Source: Clostridiales bacterium (GTDB lineage: Bacteria > Bacillota > Clostridia > UBA1381). Taken from it: a stretch of DNA of 62,497 nucleotides. Location of the stretch: NCBI GenBank assembly GCA_029226065.1, contig JAQXXM010000060.1:1-62497 (forward strand), in the 5' to 3' direction. The notes under the pieces were generated by a model. The model did no database searches. It saw only the letters and a list, made by a program, of their open reading frames with translations, and was not told where the DNA came from. Every line of letters begins with the position of its first letter. Position 1 is the first letter of the stretch. Below are positions 1 to 10,332 of this stretch, piece by piece. Made by a program: the position numbers and the translations under genes.

Positions 1-69
1 TTCAATATTTATTATACTACAAGTATAACATAATAGATGTTAAAAATCAATAGAAAAGGAGATATTATT

Positions 70-1230
70 ATGTCAAAAACAGGTTTAGATGCTTATAAGT
101 TCGATCAGACAAAAGAAGTGATCGATGCATCAAAAAAAGTCAGAGTAGGTATTATCGGCACAGGCTGGATTGCTGAAGCTCATGTACGAAATCTAAAAAG
201 TATGCCTGATGTTGAGATTATATCAGGTGCAGATTTAATACCGGGCAAAGCAGAAAAATTCTTTGAGGAAGCTGGACTTGAGAACGTAAAATTATATCCG
301 AGCCACAAGGAGCTTATTGATGCAGGCGGTATAGACGCTGTATGTGTATGTACATATAACTCAACACATGCAGAGTGTGCTATATATGCATTAGAACATG
401 GACTTCATGTTATGCTTGAGAAACCGATGTGCGTTACATTGGAAGAAGCTGTTGCTATACGTAAAGCTGAAAAAGCAAGCGGAAAAGTCCTGTCAATCGG
501 TTTCCAGCCAAGATATGATGACAATATGAAGATGGTTAAGCAAATTGTTCAGTCAGGTGCGCTTGGTGATATATACTACATTCAGACAGGTGGCGGAAGA
601 AGACATGGTATCCCGACACCGTTCGGTACAACATTCATTGAGGCTGACAAGGGTGTAATCGGTGCTATGGGTGACATAGGCTGTTATTCATTGGATATGG
701 TACTTAATGCGATAGGTTATCCTAAGCCGCTTACAGTTTCAGGTTATACATCAGACTTTATGGGTAAGGACCCTGACTTCTTCGCTTCAGAAGGTCATCC
801 TGAGTATACTGACATTTTCGGTGTTGAGGATTTTGCAGCAGGATTTGTACGTCTTGAGGGCGGTATTATTCTTGATTTCAGAATTGCGTGGGCAATGCAT
901 CTTGACACTCCTGGTGATACAATTATCATGGGTAAAAAAGGTGGTCTTAGAATTCCGTCAACAGAGTGTTGGAACGGTACAATAGGCGGAGACCTGAAGA
1001 TGTATCAGAGAATAGCAGGCAAAGATGTTGTAACAACATTCCCAATGATGCCGCCACGTGAGAAGTCAAACTTCTACTATAAGATGAGAGGATTCATTGA
1101 TGCAGTTAAGGGCGAAGGCGGAACAACTGTATCTTCTGAAGAAATCATCATTAACCAGGCTATAATTGACGCAATAATCAAGTCAAACAAGCTTGGAAGA
1201 GAAATCACTGTTGAAATACCTGAAATATAA
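70..1230 (+). CDS. Gfo/Idh/MocA-family NAD(P)-dependent sugar/inositol oxidoreductase
   Basis: Rossmann motif VGIIGTGWIA near the N-terminus and an EKP motif (MLEKPM). Track ORF 37-1230 trimmed to the ATG at 70, 8 nt after AAAGGAG. Confidence 0.8.
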   Translation: MSKTGLDAYKFDQTKEVIDASKKVRVGIIGTGWIAEAHVRNLKSMPDVEIISGADLIPGKAEKFFEEAGLENVKLYPSHKELIDAGGIDAVCVCTYNSTHAECAIYALEHGLHVMLEKPMCVTLEEAVAIRKAEKASGKVLSIGFQPRYDDNMKMVKQIVQSGALGDIYYIQTGGGRRHGIPTPFGTTFIEADKGVIGAMGDIGCYSLDMVLNAIGYPKPLTVSGYTSDFMGKDPDFFASEGHPEYTDIFGVEDFAAGFVRLEGGIILDFRIAWAMHLDTPGDTIIMGKKGGLRIPSTECWNGTIGGDLKMYQRIAGKDVVTTFPMMPPREKSNFYYKMRGFIDAVKGEGGTTVSSEEIIINQAIIDAIIKSNKLGREITVEIPEI

Positions 1231-1248
1231 TAAAAGTGAGGAAATGTC

Positions 1249-2079
1249 ATGAAAAACTTTAAAGTAGGAATACAACTGTACAGTATCAGAGATGCAATGG
1301 AACAGGATATGGATAAGGCATTAAAGGCTGTAAAAGATATGGGCTATGACTATGTCGAGTTTGCAGGATATTACGGTAAGACTGCAGAGGAGGTTAAGTC
1401 AATTTTGGATAAGTACGGCTTAGAGGCAATATCTGTTCATCAAAGTATAGACTTATTTGAAGAACAAGGACAAAAAGCAGTTGACTACATCAAAACTCTT
1501 GGTGTAAAGTACAGTGCTATTCCTTGGTATCCGGTAGACGAGTTTTTCCCGGAGAATATTGCCGCAACTATTGAGAAATTCAGAAATGTCAGCAAGCTAT
1601 TGAAGGACAATGGTATACAGCTTATGTATCACAATCATGACTTTGAATTTAAAAAGATTGATGGCGAGTATATACTCGATAGACTTTATGCTTCACTCGA
1701 TAATGACGTTCTGATGCCTCAAATAGATACTTGTTGGGTTCACTATGCAGGTGTTAATCCATCAGACTATGTCAGAAAATACAGTGGCAGAATTAAAGTT
1801 TTGCACTTGAAAGACTTTGTGTGCGAGAAGTTGGGTGGAGGCCCTGTATATGCTTTAATTGATAAAGATGGAAATGAAACGAAGTCTGATAATAAAGAGG
1901 ATAACGGTTTCAAACTCGTACCTGTCGGATCGGGTGTTCAGGATTGGAAATCAATTCTTGAAGCGGCAAGTGATGCAGGTGTAGAATATGTCATTGTTGA
2001 ACAGGATGATTCTGTTGACAGAGACCCATTAGATGCTGCGAAAATGAGTAGGGAGTATCTAAGAACATTAGGATTATAA
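1249..2079 (+). CDS. Xylose-isomerase-like TIM-barrel protein (sugar phosphate isomerase/epimerase family)
   Basis: 276 aa. Family-typical layout: FAGYYG near the N-terminus, YHNHDFEF metal-site stretch, VIVEQD near the C-terminus. GAGGAA RBS upstream. Confidence 0.75.
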   Translation: MKNFKVGIQLYSIRDAMEQDMDKALKAVKDMGYDYVEFAGYYGKTAEEVKSILDKYGLEAISVHQSIDLFEEQGQKAVDYIKTLGVKYSAIPWYPVDEFFPENIAATIEKFRNVSKLLKDNGIQLMYHNHDFEFKKIDGEYILDRLYASLDNDVLMPQIDTCWVHYAGVNPSDYVRKYSGRIKVLHLKDFVCEKLGGGPVYALIDKDGNETKSDNKEDNGFKLVPVGSGVQDWKSILEAASDAGVEYVIVEQDDSVDRDPLDAAKMSREYLRTLGL

Positions 2080-2166
2080 TTATAAGAGGTAACTAACGTG
2101 GAAGATAAGCAATGTTTATCTGCCTCGTTGGATTTGTGCCGACATAAATCGGCGGAAAGGATTAAT

Positions 2167-3138
2167 ATGAAATTAGGAGTTTTTAGCCCTGTATTGGCTC
2201 AAATGTCATTTAAGGAAATGGTAGAGTATCTGTCATCTCTTGGAGTAGATCAATTGGAAATGGGCGCCGGCGGATATCCCGGAAAAGCACATTTTGATCC
2301 AGAGGTATTATTGGCAGATGATACGAAAATAGAGGAGATCAAGCAAATTCTTGACGATAATAATATGTCAATTGCGGCAATAAGCTGTCACGGTAATCCT
2401 GTACATCCAAATAAAAAGATTGCAGACGAATACCACAGAGATTTTGAAAATGCTGTTCTTTTGGCAGAAAAGCTTGGTGTTACAAATATGGTGGGATTTT
2501 CAGGATGCCCGGGTGATTGTGAGACAAGCACAAGGCCTAACTGGGTAACTTGTTCATGGCCTAACGACTATCTTGAAACATTGGATTGGCAGTGGAATGA
2601 GGTACTTATTCCATATTGGAAAAAAGAAGCAGAATTTTGTAAATCACATGGTATAGAAAAAATTGCGTTTGAAATGCATCCCGGTTTTTGTGTATATAAT
2701 ACATCATCATTGCTTAAATTAAGAAAAGCGGTAGGAGATATAATAGGCGCAAATGTTGATCCAAGTCATCTTTTGTGGCAGGGAATGGACCCTGTAGAAG
2801 TGATAAAGGCATTAGGCAAAGAAAATGCAATACATCATTTCCATGCAAAGGATACAAAGATAGATTGTGCCAACACAAGCGTAAATGGCGTGCTTGACGT
2901 TGGCTCGTATGCAGATATCTTAGGCCGTTCATGGGTGTTTAGAACTGTAGGATACGGCAACGGCAAGGAAATGTGGAATAATATAATAAGCACATTAAAG
3001 GCAGTAGGCTATGATGGGGTAATAAGCATAGAACATGAAGACTCACTTATGAGTCCGAAAGAAGGTCTCGAAAAAGCAATTGCTTTCTTAAAGGATGTAA
3101 TTATATATGAGTCACCGGATGAAATGTGGTGGATATAA
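2167..3138 (+). CDS. Xylose-isomerase-like TIM-barrel protein (sugar phosphate isomerase/epimerase family)
   Basis: Family-typical FEMHPG and SIEHED motifs. Track ORF starts at GTG 2098; trimmed to ATG 2167 (MKLGVFSP), preceded by GGAAAGG. Confidence 0.7.
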   Translation: MKLGVFSPVLAQMSFKEMVEYLSSLGVDQLEMGAGGYPGKAHFDPEVLLADDTKIEEIKQILDDNNMSIAAISCHGNPVHPNKKIADEYHRDFENAVLLAEKLGVTNMVGFSGCPGDCETSTRPNWVTCSWPNDYLETLDWQWNEVLIPYWKKEAEFCKSHGIEKIAFEMHPGFCVYNTSSLLKLRKAVGDIIGANVDPSHLLWQGMDPVEVIKALGKENAIHHFHAKDTKIDCANTSVNGVLDVGSYADILGRSWVFRTVGYGNGKEMWNNIISTLKAVGYDGVISIEHEDSLMSPKEGLEKAIAFLKDVIIYESPDEMWWI

Positions 3139-3182
3139 CGCAATTTTATCGCTAATATCCGTGTGATGGAATGGAGAGATAA

Positions 3183-4253
3183 ATGAAAGATAAATATTTA
3201 CTTGGTATAATAGGCTTTGGCGGAATGGCGGGACACCATTATACACAACTTTCTAAAGGTAATACAAAAGTATCAATTAAAGGCGTATATGATATAAATC
3301 CTGCCAGATTGAAAGTTGCTGAGGAAAAAGGTCTTGTCGCATATTCTTCAAAAGAGGAGTTGCTAAACGATCCGGAAATTGATATTGTATTGATAGCTAC
3401 CACAAATGAAGTACACGCTGACCTATGCATAGAGGCACTTAAATGCGGTAAACACGTATTATGCGAAAAACCCGTTACTCCAACATCTGATGAACTTATC
3501 AAGATAATGGAGGCGGCTAAAAAGTATAACAGAGTGTTCACAGTAGACCAAAACAGACGTACAAACAGAGATTATATACTGATGAGACAGACTGTAGAAT
3601 CAGGTGTAATCGGCAAGCCGTACGTTATAGAGTCAAGAGTTGAAGGTTCTCGTGGTATGCCATCAGGCTGGAGAACTATCAAAGCATTAGGTGGCGGAAT
3701 GATGCTCGACTGGGGTGTACATCTGATAGATCAGCTGATGTATATGTATTATGATACAAAGGTTGTTAGCGTATATTGTACAATGAATAGCTTGCAATAT
3801 CCTGAGGTGGATGACAATTTCCGAATGGTTATGATGTTTGAAAATGGTGTTGAAGCAAGAATTGAGGTTGCAACAAACAACTACATAATGCATCCCAGAT
3901 GGTATGTACTTGGTGAAACAGGCACATTACAGATAGATGATTGGAACTGTGAAGGAAAAGTAGTAAGGTGTATTGATAAGGAAGATAAGTGGGCTGAAGA
4001 GATTGTATACACAAAAGCAGGCCCCACAAAAACGATGGCACCAAGAAATCCGAACAGCGTTGAAACTATAGATCTGCATGAGCCTGATGGGGTAGAGGAC
4101 AACCTTGATCCTGTATACCGCCAGATGACAGATGCAATTGAGGGAAAATGCGAACTTAAGATTAAGCCCGAGGAGGCTCTGAGAGTAATAAAAGTTATGG
4201 AAGCGGCCGAGTATTCCTGGGAGAATAATGAAGTTGTTAAATGTTCTATTTAA
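3183..4253 (+). CDS. Gfo/Idh/MocA-family oxidoreductase
   Basis: N-terminal GIIGFGGMAG Rossmann motif and CEKP motif. 356 aa. GGAGAG RBS. Confidence 0.8.
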   Translation: MKDKYLLGIIGFGGMAGHHYTQLSKGNTKVSIKGVYDINPARLKVAEEKGLVAYSSKEELLNDPEIDIVLIATTNEVHADLCIEALKCGKHVLCEKPVTPTSDELIKIMEAAKKYNRVFTVDQNRRTNRDYILMRQTVESGVIGKPYVIESRVEGSRGMPSGWRTIKALGGGMMLDWGVHLIDQLMYMYYDTKVVSVYCTMNSLQYPEVDDNFRMVMMFENGVEARIEVATNNYIMHPRWYVLGETGTLQIDDWNCEGKVVRCIDKEDKWAEEIVYTKAGPTKTMAPRNPNSVETIDLHEPDGVEDNLDPVYRQMTDAIEGKCELKIKPEEALRVIKVMEAAEYSWENNEVVKCSI

Positions 4254-4255
4254 CA

Positions 4256-4297
4256 TAAAAACAGGCTATTGCGATGATGCAATAGCCTGTTTTTTTA
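4256..4297. terminator. Bidirectional rho-independent terminator between convergent genes
   Basis: Perfect 12-bp stem ACAGGCTATTGC / GCAATAGCCTGT (4261-4272 / 4279-4290), flanked by an A-run on the left and T7 on the right. Confidence 0.85.
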
Positions 4298-4303
4298 GTT
4301 TGA

Positions 4304-7300
4304 TTAGTTGTTTTCAGCAAGCTTTACAAGCTTTTCGTACTTTTCGTCAGCTGTCTTAGCTGCTACATCAAACAATTCCTCAGCTCTTTCAGGATTTGAA
4401 CGAGCAAGTGAGTTGTAACGAACTTCGCCCATTAGGAAGTCCTTATATTCCTTAGTTGGCTTCTTAGAGTCAAGCTGGAACGGATTTTTGCCTTCTTCAG
4501 CAAGTCTCGGATCGTATCTGAAGCAGTGCCAGTAACCTGATTCAACTGCCTTCTTTTCCTCATCCTGAGCAATTGTCATACCGCCCTTGATACCGTGGTT
4601 GATACACGGAGCGTATGCGATGATTAGTGACGGACCATTGTAGCTTTCAGCCTCAACAATAGCGTTTAGACACTGCTGCATATTGTAACCCATAGCAACC
4701 TGTGCAACGTAGATGTAGCCGTAGCTCATTGCGATTGCTGCAAGATCCTTCTTCTTAACTTCCTTACCTGCTGCTGCAAACTTAGCAATAGCACCTGTCG
4801 GAGTTGACTTTGATGACTGACCACCTGTGTTTGAATAAACCTCTGTATCAAATACCAATATGTTTATATCCTTGCCTGATGCAAGAGCGTGGTCAACACC
4901 GCCGAAGCCTATATCATAAGCCCAACCGTCACCACCGAATATCCAACATGATTTCTTTGACAGATATTCTTTATCAGCAAGTACATCTTTTGCTTCCTGT
5001 GAGTTGATATTTGCAATTGCCTTTAGCAATTCTTCTGTTGCAACCTTGTTACAGCCACTGCAGTCCTTAGTTTCCATAAACTTATCAAATGCAGGCTTTA
5101 CTGACGGATTTTCTTCTGCAACCTTAGCAGCTTTAGCAATGTTTTGTTCTCTTAATGTATCCTGAGCAAAGTACATACCAAGACCAAATTCAGCGTTATC
5201 CTCAAACAATGAGTTTGCCCAAGCAGGACCATTGCCGTTTTCGTCAACAGTGTAGGGAGCAGACGGACATGAAGCACCCCAGATTGATGAACAACCTGTA
5301 GCGTTTGCAAGGAACATTCTGTCACCGAACAGCTGTGTAACAAGCTTAGCGTATGGAGTTTCACCACAACCTGCGCAAGCACCTGAGAACTCGAGATACG
5401 GTTTCTTGAACTGTGAACCCTTAACCTTTGTAGCGGGGAACTTATCAAGAACTGCCTGTTTCTCACCTAATGCTGCAGCGTAGTCAAAATACTTCTGTGT
5501 GTCAAGATGATTATCAAGGAAGTCCATAGTAAGTGTTTCAGCTTTGTTGTTACCGGGACATACGTTAGCACAGCTTCCGCAGCCTGTACAGTCAAGAACT
5601 GAAATTGCCATTGTGTAGTATAAACCGTCAAGCATCTTAGCCGGAGCATACTTAATGCCTTCCGGAGCATTGTTAAGTTCTTCTTCTGTAAGAACTACAG
5701 GACGGATAACTGCATGAGGACATACGTATGAACAGTTACCACACTGAATACAAGTCTCGTTATTCCAAACAGGAACCTTTACAGCAATACCACGTTTCTC
5801 ATAAGCTGATGAACCAAGCGGAACTTCGCCTGCCTGATACTTTGTGAATGCAGATACAGGAAGCTTTGAGCCTGCAAAGCTGTTAATAGGAACAAGGATA
5901 TTGTTTACGTAATCAATAAGCTCGCCTTCACCCTCATAATGAACACTTATATCCTCATACTCACAATTCTTCCAGCTTTCAGGTACATCGACCTTAACAA
6001 TCTGCTCTGCACCAGCGTCAATTGCATCATAGTTCATTTGAACTATAGCGTCACCCTTCTTTGAGTATGACTTCTTAGCTGCTTCTTTCATATACTTAAT
6101 CGCATCATCTGAAGGAATTATGTCAGCAAGCTTGAAGAATGCAGACTGTAATACTGTATTAATTCTGTTTCCAAGACCGATTTCAAGACCAATCTTAACA
6201 CCGTCTATTGTATAGAATTGAATATTGTTATCAGCAATATACTTCTTTACCTGTCCGGGTAAATTCTTTTCAAGATCTTCGCCTGTCCATGAACAGTTTA
6301 GAAGGAACACACCGCCCGGCTTAATGTCAGAAACCATATCATACTGATGAATATATGATGCCTTATGACATGCAACAAAGTCAGCCTTATTGATAAGGTA
6401 TGTCGATGTGATAGGTGCGTGACCGAAACGTAGATGTGAACATGTAAGACCGCCCGACTTCTTTGAGTCATAGTCGAAATATGCCTGAACATTCATATCT
6501 GTGTGGTCGCCGATAATCTTAACTGAGTTCTTGTTAGCACCAACAGTACCGTCAGCACCAAGACCCCAGAATTTACAGCTCTTAATACCTTCGGGAGTTG
6601 TATCGGGATTTTCATCAAGAGGAAGTGATAGGTTAGTAACATCATCCTCAATACCAACTGTGAAGTGCTTCTTTTCTGTATTTTTGTAAACTGCGATAAT
6701 GCAAGCAGGAGTTGTATCCTTTGATGCAAGACCGTAACGACCTGCCATAACTTCAACATTCTTAAACTCGTCGCTTTCGTTAAGTGCAGCAACAACGTCA
6801 AGATACAAAGGCTCTGCCAATGCACCGGGCTCCTTAGTTCTGTCAAGAACAGATACTCTCTTAACAGTCTTAGGCATAGCCTCGATAAGGTGCTTTGTAC
6901 TGAACGGTCTATAAAGTCTTACGCAGATAAAGCCGACTTTTTCGCCCTTAGCGTTAAGATAATCAACAGTCTCTTTGATTGTATCACAAACACTGCCCAT
7001 AGCAACTATTACGTGTTCAGCATCGGGTGCACCGTAGTAATTGAATAGCTTATAGTTTGTACCAAGCTTTTCGTTAACCATATCCATGTAGTTCTGAGTA
7101 ATCTCAGGTACATTCATATAAGCTGTGTTACAAGCCTCTCTTGCCTGGAAGAATACATCACCGTTCTGAGCTGTACCTCTCTGTGCAGGATGCTCGGGGT
7201 TAAGCGATGAATGACGCCATGCGTTAAGTGCATCCCAGTCAACCATTTCCTTGAGGTCTTCGTAATCCCAACAAGCAACCTTCTGATACTCGTGTGAAGT

Positions 7301-7825
7301 TCTGAATCCGTCAAAGAAGTGCAGGAACGGTATTCTGCTCTTTATTGTTGTAAGGTGAGCTACAGCACCTAAGTCCATAGCTTCCTGCGGATTTGTTGAT
7401 GCAAGCATAGCAAATCCTGTCTGACGGCATGCCATAACGTCACTGTGATCGCCGAAAATCGACAATGCGTGAGATGCTATACAACGTGCTGATACGTTAA
7501 ATACGCACGGCAGCTGTTCACCTGCGATTTTGTACATATTCGGAATCATCAAAAGAAGTCCCTGTGAAGCAGTGTATGTAGTTGTAAGCGCACCTGCTGT
7601 AAGCGAGCCGTGAACTGCACCTGCTGCACCTGCCTCTGACTGCATTTCAACAACCTTTACAGTGTTGCCGAAAATGTTTTTCATGCCTGCGGCAGCCCAT
7701 TCGTCTGTTACTTCCGCCATTGTTGAAGACGGAGTGATAGGATAGATAGCTGCGACGTCCGTAAAAGCGTATGATGCATAGGCGGCAGCGTTGTTTCCAT
7801 CCATGGTTTTCATTTTTCTTGCCAT
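4304..7825 (-). CDS. nifJ: Pyruvate:ferredoxin (flavodoxin) oxidoreductase, single-polypeptide type
   Basis: 1173 aa. Two ferredoxin-type CxxCxxCxxxCP motifs (CIQCGNCSYVCP, CTGCGSCANVCP) and the TPP-binding region GGDGWAYDIGFGG. AGGAGG RBS. Confidence 0.95.
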   Translation of the reverse strand: MARKMKTMDGNNAAAYASYAFTDVAAIYPITPSSTMAEVTDEWAAAGMKNIFGNTVKVVEMQSEAGAAGAVHGSLTAGALTTTYTASQGLLLMIPNMYKIAGEQLPCVFNVSARCIASHALSIFGDHSDVMACRQTGFAMLASTNPQEAMDLGAVAHLTTIKSRIPFLHFFDGFRTSHEYQKVACWDYEDLKEMVDWDALNAWRHSSLNPEHPAQRGTAQNGDVFFQAREACNTAYMNVPEITQNYMDMVNEKLGTNYKLFNYYGAPDAEHVIVAMGSVCDTIKETVDYLNAKGEKVGFICVRLYRPFSTKHLIEAMPKTVKRVSVLDRTKEPGALAEPLYLDVVAALNESDEFKNVEVMAGRYGLASKDTTPACIIAVYKNTEKKHFTVGIEDDVTNLSLPLDENPDTTPEGIKSCKFWGLGADGTVGANKNSVKIIGDHTDMNVQAYFDYDSKKSGGLTCSHLRFGHAPITSTYLINKADFVACHKASYIHQYDMVSDIKPGGVFLLNCSWTGEDLEKNLPGQVKKYIADNNIQFYTIDGVKIGLEIGLGNRINTVLQSAFFKLADIIPSDDAIKYMKEAAKKSYSKKGDAIVQMNYDAIDAGAEQIVKVDVPESWKNCEYEDISVHYEGEGELIDYVNNILVPINSFAGSKLPVSAFTKYQAGEVPLGSSAYEKRGIAVKVPVWNNETCIQCGNCSYVCPHAVIRPVVLTEEELNNAPEGIKYAPAKMLDGLYYTMAISVLDCTGCGSCANVCPGNNKAETLTMDFLDNHLDTQKYFDYAAALGEKQAVLDKFPATKVKGSQFKKPYLEFSGACAGCGETPYAKLVTQLFGDRMFLANATGCSSIWGASCPSAPYTVDENGNGPAWANSLFEDNAEFGLGMYFAQDTLREQNIAKAAKVAEENPSVKPAFDKFMETKDCSGCNKVATEELLKAIANINSQEAKDVLADKEYLSKKSCWIFGGDGWAYDIGFGGVDHALASGKDINILVFDTEVYSNTGGQSSKSTPTGAIAKFAAAGKEVKKKDLAAIAMSYGYIYVAQVAMGYNMQQCLNAIVEAESYNGPSLIIAYAPCINHGIKGGMTIAQDEEKKAVESGYWHCFRYDPRLAEEGKNPFQLDSKKPTKEYKDFLMGEVRYNSLARSNPERAEELFDVAAKTADEKYEKLVKLAENN

Positions 7826-7990
7826 TTTATTTCCTCCTGAAAATATATTGCAATCAGCATATTATTTGCAGATTGCGTGTATTGTTTTTGGCTTATTTAA
7901 CAGCAAAAAATAAACCATCGCATACTTACTTATATAATAACATTTTTCTCGCAGAAAATCAAGTGGTTATGCATAAAAAAATAATAATTT

Positions 7991-8203
7991 CTATAATTTA
8001 TATATTTTTTGACGAATGTTTTTATCTAATTGCTCACATTTTTCATTGTAATTGCTTATATATTGAGTTATTTTTAGCAGAAATGGTGTAGATAGAGGCA
8101 AATGACAAGAAGTTTTCATATATATTGATATATTAAGAATAGACTGCAATGCTTTAAAAATAAATCCGTAATAAATCAAATTAAGTGACATAAAAATACA
8201 CAT
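7991..8203 (-). CDS. Hypothetical small protein (70 aa); weak call
   Basis: Open frame of 70 codons inside very AT-rich DNA, where stops should be frequent. ATG sits 8 nt after CTGGAGGA. I recognise no similarity to anything. Confidence 0.25.
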   Translation of the reverse strand: MCIFMSLNLIYYGFIFKALQSILNISIYMKTSCHLPLSTPFLLKITQYISNYNEKCEQLDKNIRQKIYKL

Positions 8204-8302
8204 ATTAAAATCCTCCAGTTTTTCATAACGAACCTATTTTGTGTATTTATATTGACGCTTAAACGTGTAAATAATTGAAAATCATAACAAATATAACCTG
8301 AA

Positions 8303-8328
8303 GATGAGGCTGCCGAAACAGCCCCATC
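8303..8328 (-). terminator. Hairpin immediately after the lepA stop
   Basis: GATGAGGCTG / CAGCCCCATC 10-bp stem with one mismatch, starting 2 nt after the TAG stop. Weak U-tract. Confidence 0.5.
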
Positions 8329-8329
8329 T

Positions 8330-10138
8330 CTAATCAAGCTTAAGAACAGACATAAACGCCTCCTGCGGAACTTCGACAGTTCCGACCTGACGCATACGCT
8401 TTTTACCTTCTTTTTGTTTCTCAAGTAATTTCTTTTTACGTGTAATATCACCGCCGTAACACTTTGCAAGAACATCTTTACGCAATGCTTTTATTGTCTC
8501 ACGTGCGATTATCTTTGAGCCTATTGCCGCCTGTATTGGCACTTCGAATAGCTGACGAGGAATGACCTCTTTTAATTTCTCGCACATTTTTCTGCCGCGT
8601 GAATATGCACTGTCTTTAAACACAATGAATGATAACGCATCAACCGTCTCGCCGTTTAGCAGTATATCAAGTTTCACAAGAGACGATCTTGTGTATCCGC
8701 TTAATTCATAATCAAAGGAGGCATATCCTCGTGTGCGTGATTTTAAAGCATCAAAGAAATCATATATAATTTCATTTAACGGAAGTTCATAAAATATTTC
8801 GGCACGTGTTTCATCAAGATATTCCATGTGCTTATATATACCACGCCGTTCCTGACAAAGCTCCATTACGTTACCTACATAGTCTTTGGGGACCATGATA
8901 GATGCCTTTGCCATAGGTTCTTCCATATAATCTATTTCTGCGGGGTTGGGTAGATTGGTGGGATTATCGCACCATACCATTTCGCCGTCAGTTTTAAATA
9001 CCTTATAAACAACGCTTGGGGCGGTAGTGATAAGATCGAGATTGTATTCACGCTCAAGACGCTCCTGTATAATCTCAAGATGTAAAAGCCCCAAAAATCC
9101 ACATCTAAATCCAAATCCTAATGCAACAGACGTTTCAGGCTCAAACATAAGTGATGCATCATTTAGCTGAAGCTTCATAAGAGCATCTTTTAAATCTTCG
9201 TATTGAGCGCCATCGGCAGGGTAGATACCGCAGTATACCATAGGATTTACCTTTTTGTATCCCGGCAAAGGCTCAGTGGCGGGATTTGCTACTGTTGTTA
9301 CCGTATCGCCGACTTGTGTATCCTGAATACTTTTTATGCTTGCGGCAATATATCCAACATCGCCTGCTGATAACAAATCACTCTTAACCAGACCTGACGG
9401 ACTCATACGTCCTACTTCCACAACATCAAATTCAGCGCCCGTCGCCATCATTTTAATCGCTGTACCTGCCTTTATGGAGCCTTCTTTAACTCTCACATAT
9501 ACAATTACACCTCTGTAACTATCATAGTACGAATCAAAAATCAAGGCTCTTAACGGAGCAGATGAATCACCCGTAGGTGCCGGTATTTTCTCAACGATTG
9601 CCTCAAGCACATCAGCAACGTTAAGTCCTGTTTTTGCACTTACTTGCGGAGCATCTTCTGCAGGTATACCTATAATATCCTCAATTTCACGCACTGCATT
9701 TTCGGGGTTTGCAGATGGCAAATCTATCTTATTTATTACAGGAACAACCTCAAGGTCATGGTCAATCGCAAGATACGTATTTGCAAGAGTCTGAGCCTCA
9801 ATACCTTGTGATGCATCAACTATAAGAATTGCTCCCTCGCATGCAGCGAGTGAACGTGATACTTCGTAGTTAAAGTCAACGTGACCGGGAGTGTCTATAA
9901 GGTTTAAAATATACTCCTCACCATTAGGGCGTGTATATTTAAGAGTAACGGCATGAGCTTTTATGGTGATGCCACGCTCACGCTCAAGATCCATATCATC
10001 AAGAATTTGATCCTCCATATCACGTTTTTCAACCTCACCTGTAAGCTCCAACAGTCTGTCTGCAAGAGTTGATTTACCATGATCTATGTGTGCTATAATA
10101 CAGAAATTTCTTATATTATCTTGTCTTTTATCGGACAT
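8330..10138 (-). CDS. lepA: Translation elongation factor 4 (LepA)
   Basis: GTPase motifs [14 protein letters not shown] and NKID, plus the LepA C-terminal region. Start trimmed to [12 protein letters not shown] (ATG 10138) behind GGAGAAAAAAGT. Confidence 0.95.
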   Translation of the reverse strand: MSDKRQDNIRNFCIIAHIDHGKSTLADRLLELTGEVEKRDMEDQILDDMDLERERGITIKAHAVTLKYTRPNGEEYILNLIDTPGHVDFNYEVSRSLAACEGAILIVDASQGIEAQTLANTYLAIDHDLEVVPVINKIDLPSANPENAVREIEDIIGIPAEDAPQVSAKTGLNVADVLEAIVEKIPAPTGDSSAPLRALIFDSYYDSYRGVIVYVRVKEGSIKAGTAIKMMATGAEFDVVEVGRMSPSGLVKSDLLSAGDVGYIAASIKSIQDTQVGDTVTTVANPATEPLPGYKKVNPMVYCGIYPADGAQYEDLKDALMKLQLNDASLMFEPETSVALGFGFRCGFLGLLHLEIIQERLEREYNLDLITTAPSVVYKVFKTDGEMVWCDNPTNLPNPAEIDYMEEPMAKASIMVPKDYVGNVMELCQERRGIYKHMEYLDETRAEIFYELPLNEIIYDFFDALKSRTRGYASFDYELSGYTRSSLVKLDILLNGETVDALSFIVFKDSAYSRGRKMCEKLKEVIPRQLFEVPIQAAIGSKIIARETIKALRKDVLAKCYGGDITRKKKLLEKQKEGKKRMRQVGTVEVPQEAFMSVLKLD

Positions 10139-10171
10139 ACTTTTTTCTCCTGTTACTATAATATTATTGTA

Positions 10172-10200
10172 ATTATAGCACAAAACCTATCTTTTTACAA
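10172..10200 (-). promoter_or_regulatory. Putative sigma-A promoter for lepA
   Basis: Minus strand reads TTGTAA, 17 nt, TATAAT, with a TG extended -10. Confidence 0.45.
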
Positions 10201-10284
10201 TAGTGATTATGAAAAAAATCTCAACTAAATCTCTAACGTAATATTTGTAATATAAATGTAAAGTAAAAAGATGTCATTTTCCTA

Positions 10285-10313
10285 TTGACAAACTGTATTT
10301 TGTAGAGTATAAT
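10285..10313 (+). promoter_or_regulatory. Consensus sigma-A promoter for nrdDG
   Basis: TTGACA (10285-10290), 17-nt spacer, TATAAT (10308-10313). Confidence 0.65.
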
Positions 10314-10332
10314 ATGCTTACGACGATAAAAA

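Noticed and set aside
37-69. N-terminal extensions in the track ORFs: 37, 2098, 10183, 17454, 19929, 20770, 28535, 36678, 40235, 47804, 56791 and 61191
   Set aside because: In each case an internal ATG has a proper Shine-Dalgarno at 5-10 nt and matches the family N-terminus. The longer start lacks an RBS, uses TTG or GTG, or would lie inside a promoter or the upstream gene.
4804-7314. Numerous 60-117-aa ORFs in alternative frames and antisense within nifJ
   Set aside because: All are nested in a 1173-aa gene with unambiguous PFOR motifs. They have low-complexity translations and no start signals. They are typical shadow ORFs.
7771-8091. 106-aa plus-strand ORF
   Set aside because: It starts antisense inside the nifJ N-terminal codons and has no RBS. 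It is kept only as a caveat to the 70-aa minus-strand ORF.
8176-8475. 99-aa minus-strand ORF
   Set aside because: It overlaps the lepA C-terminus in another frame. It is a shadow ORF.
10301-10316. Second NrdR box at the canonical spacing of about 31 bp
   Set aside because: The sequence TGTAGAGTATAATATG matches the palindrome poorly. It is the -10 region of the promoter.
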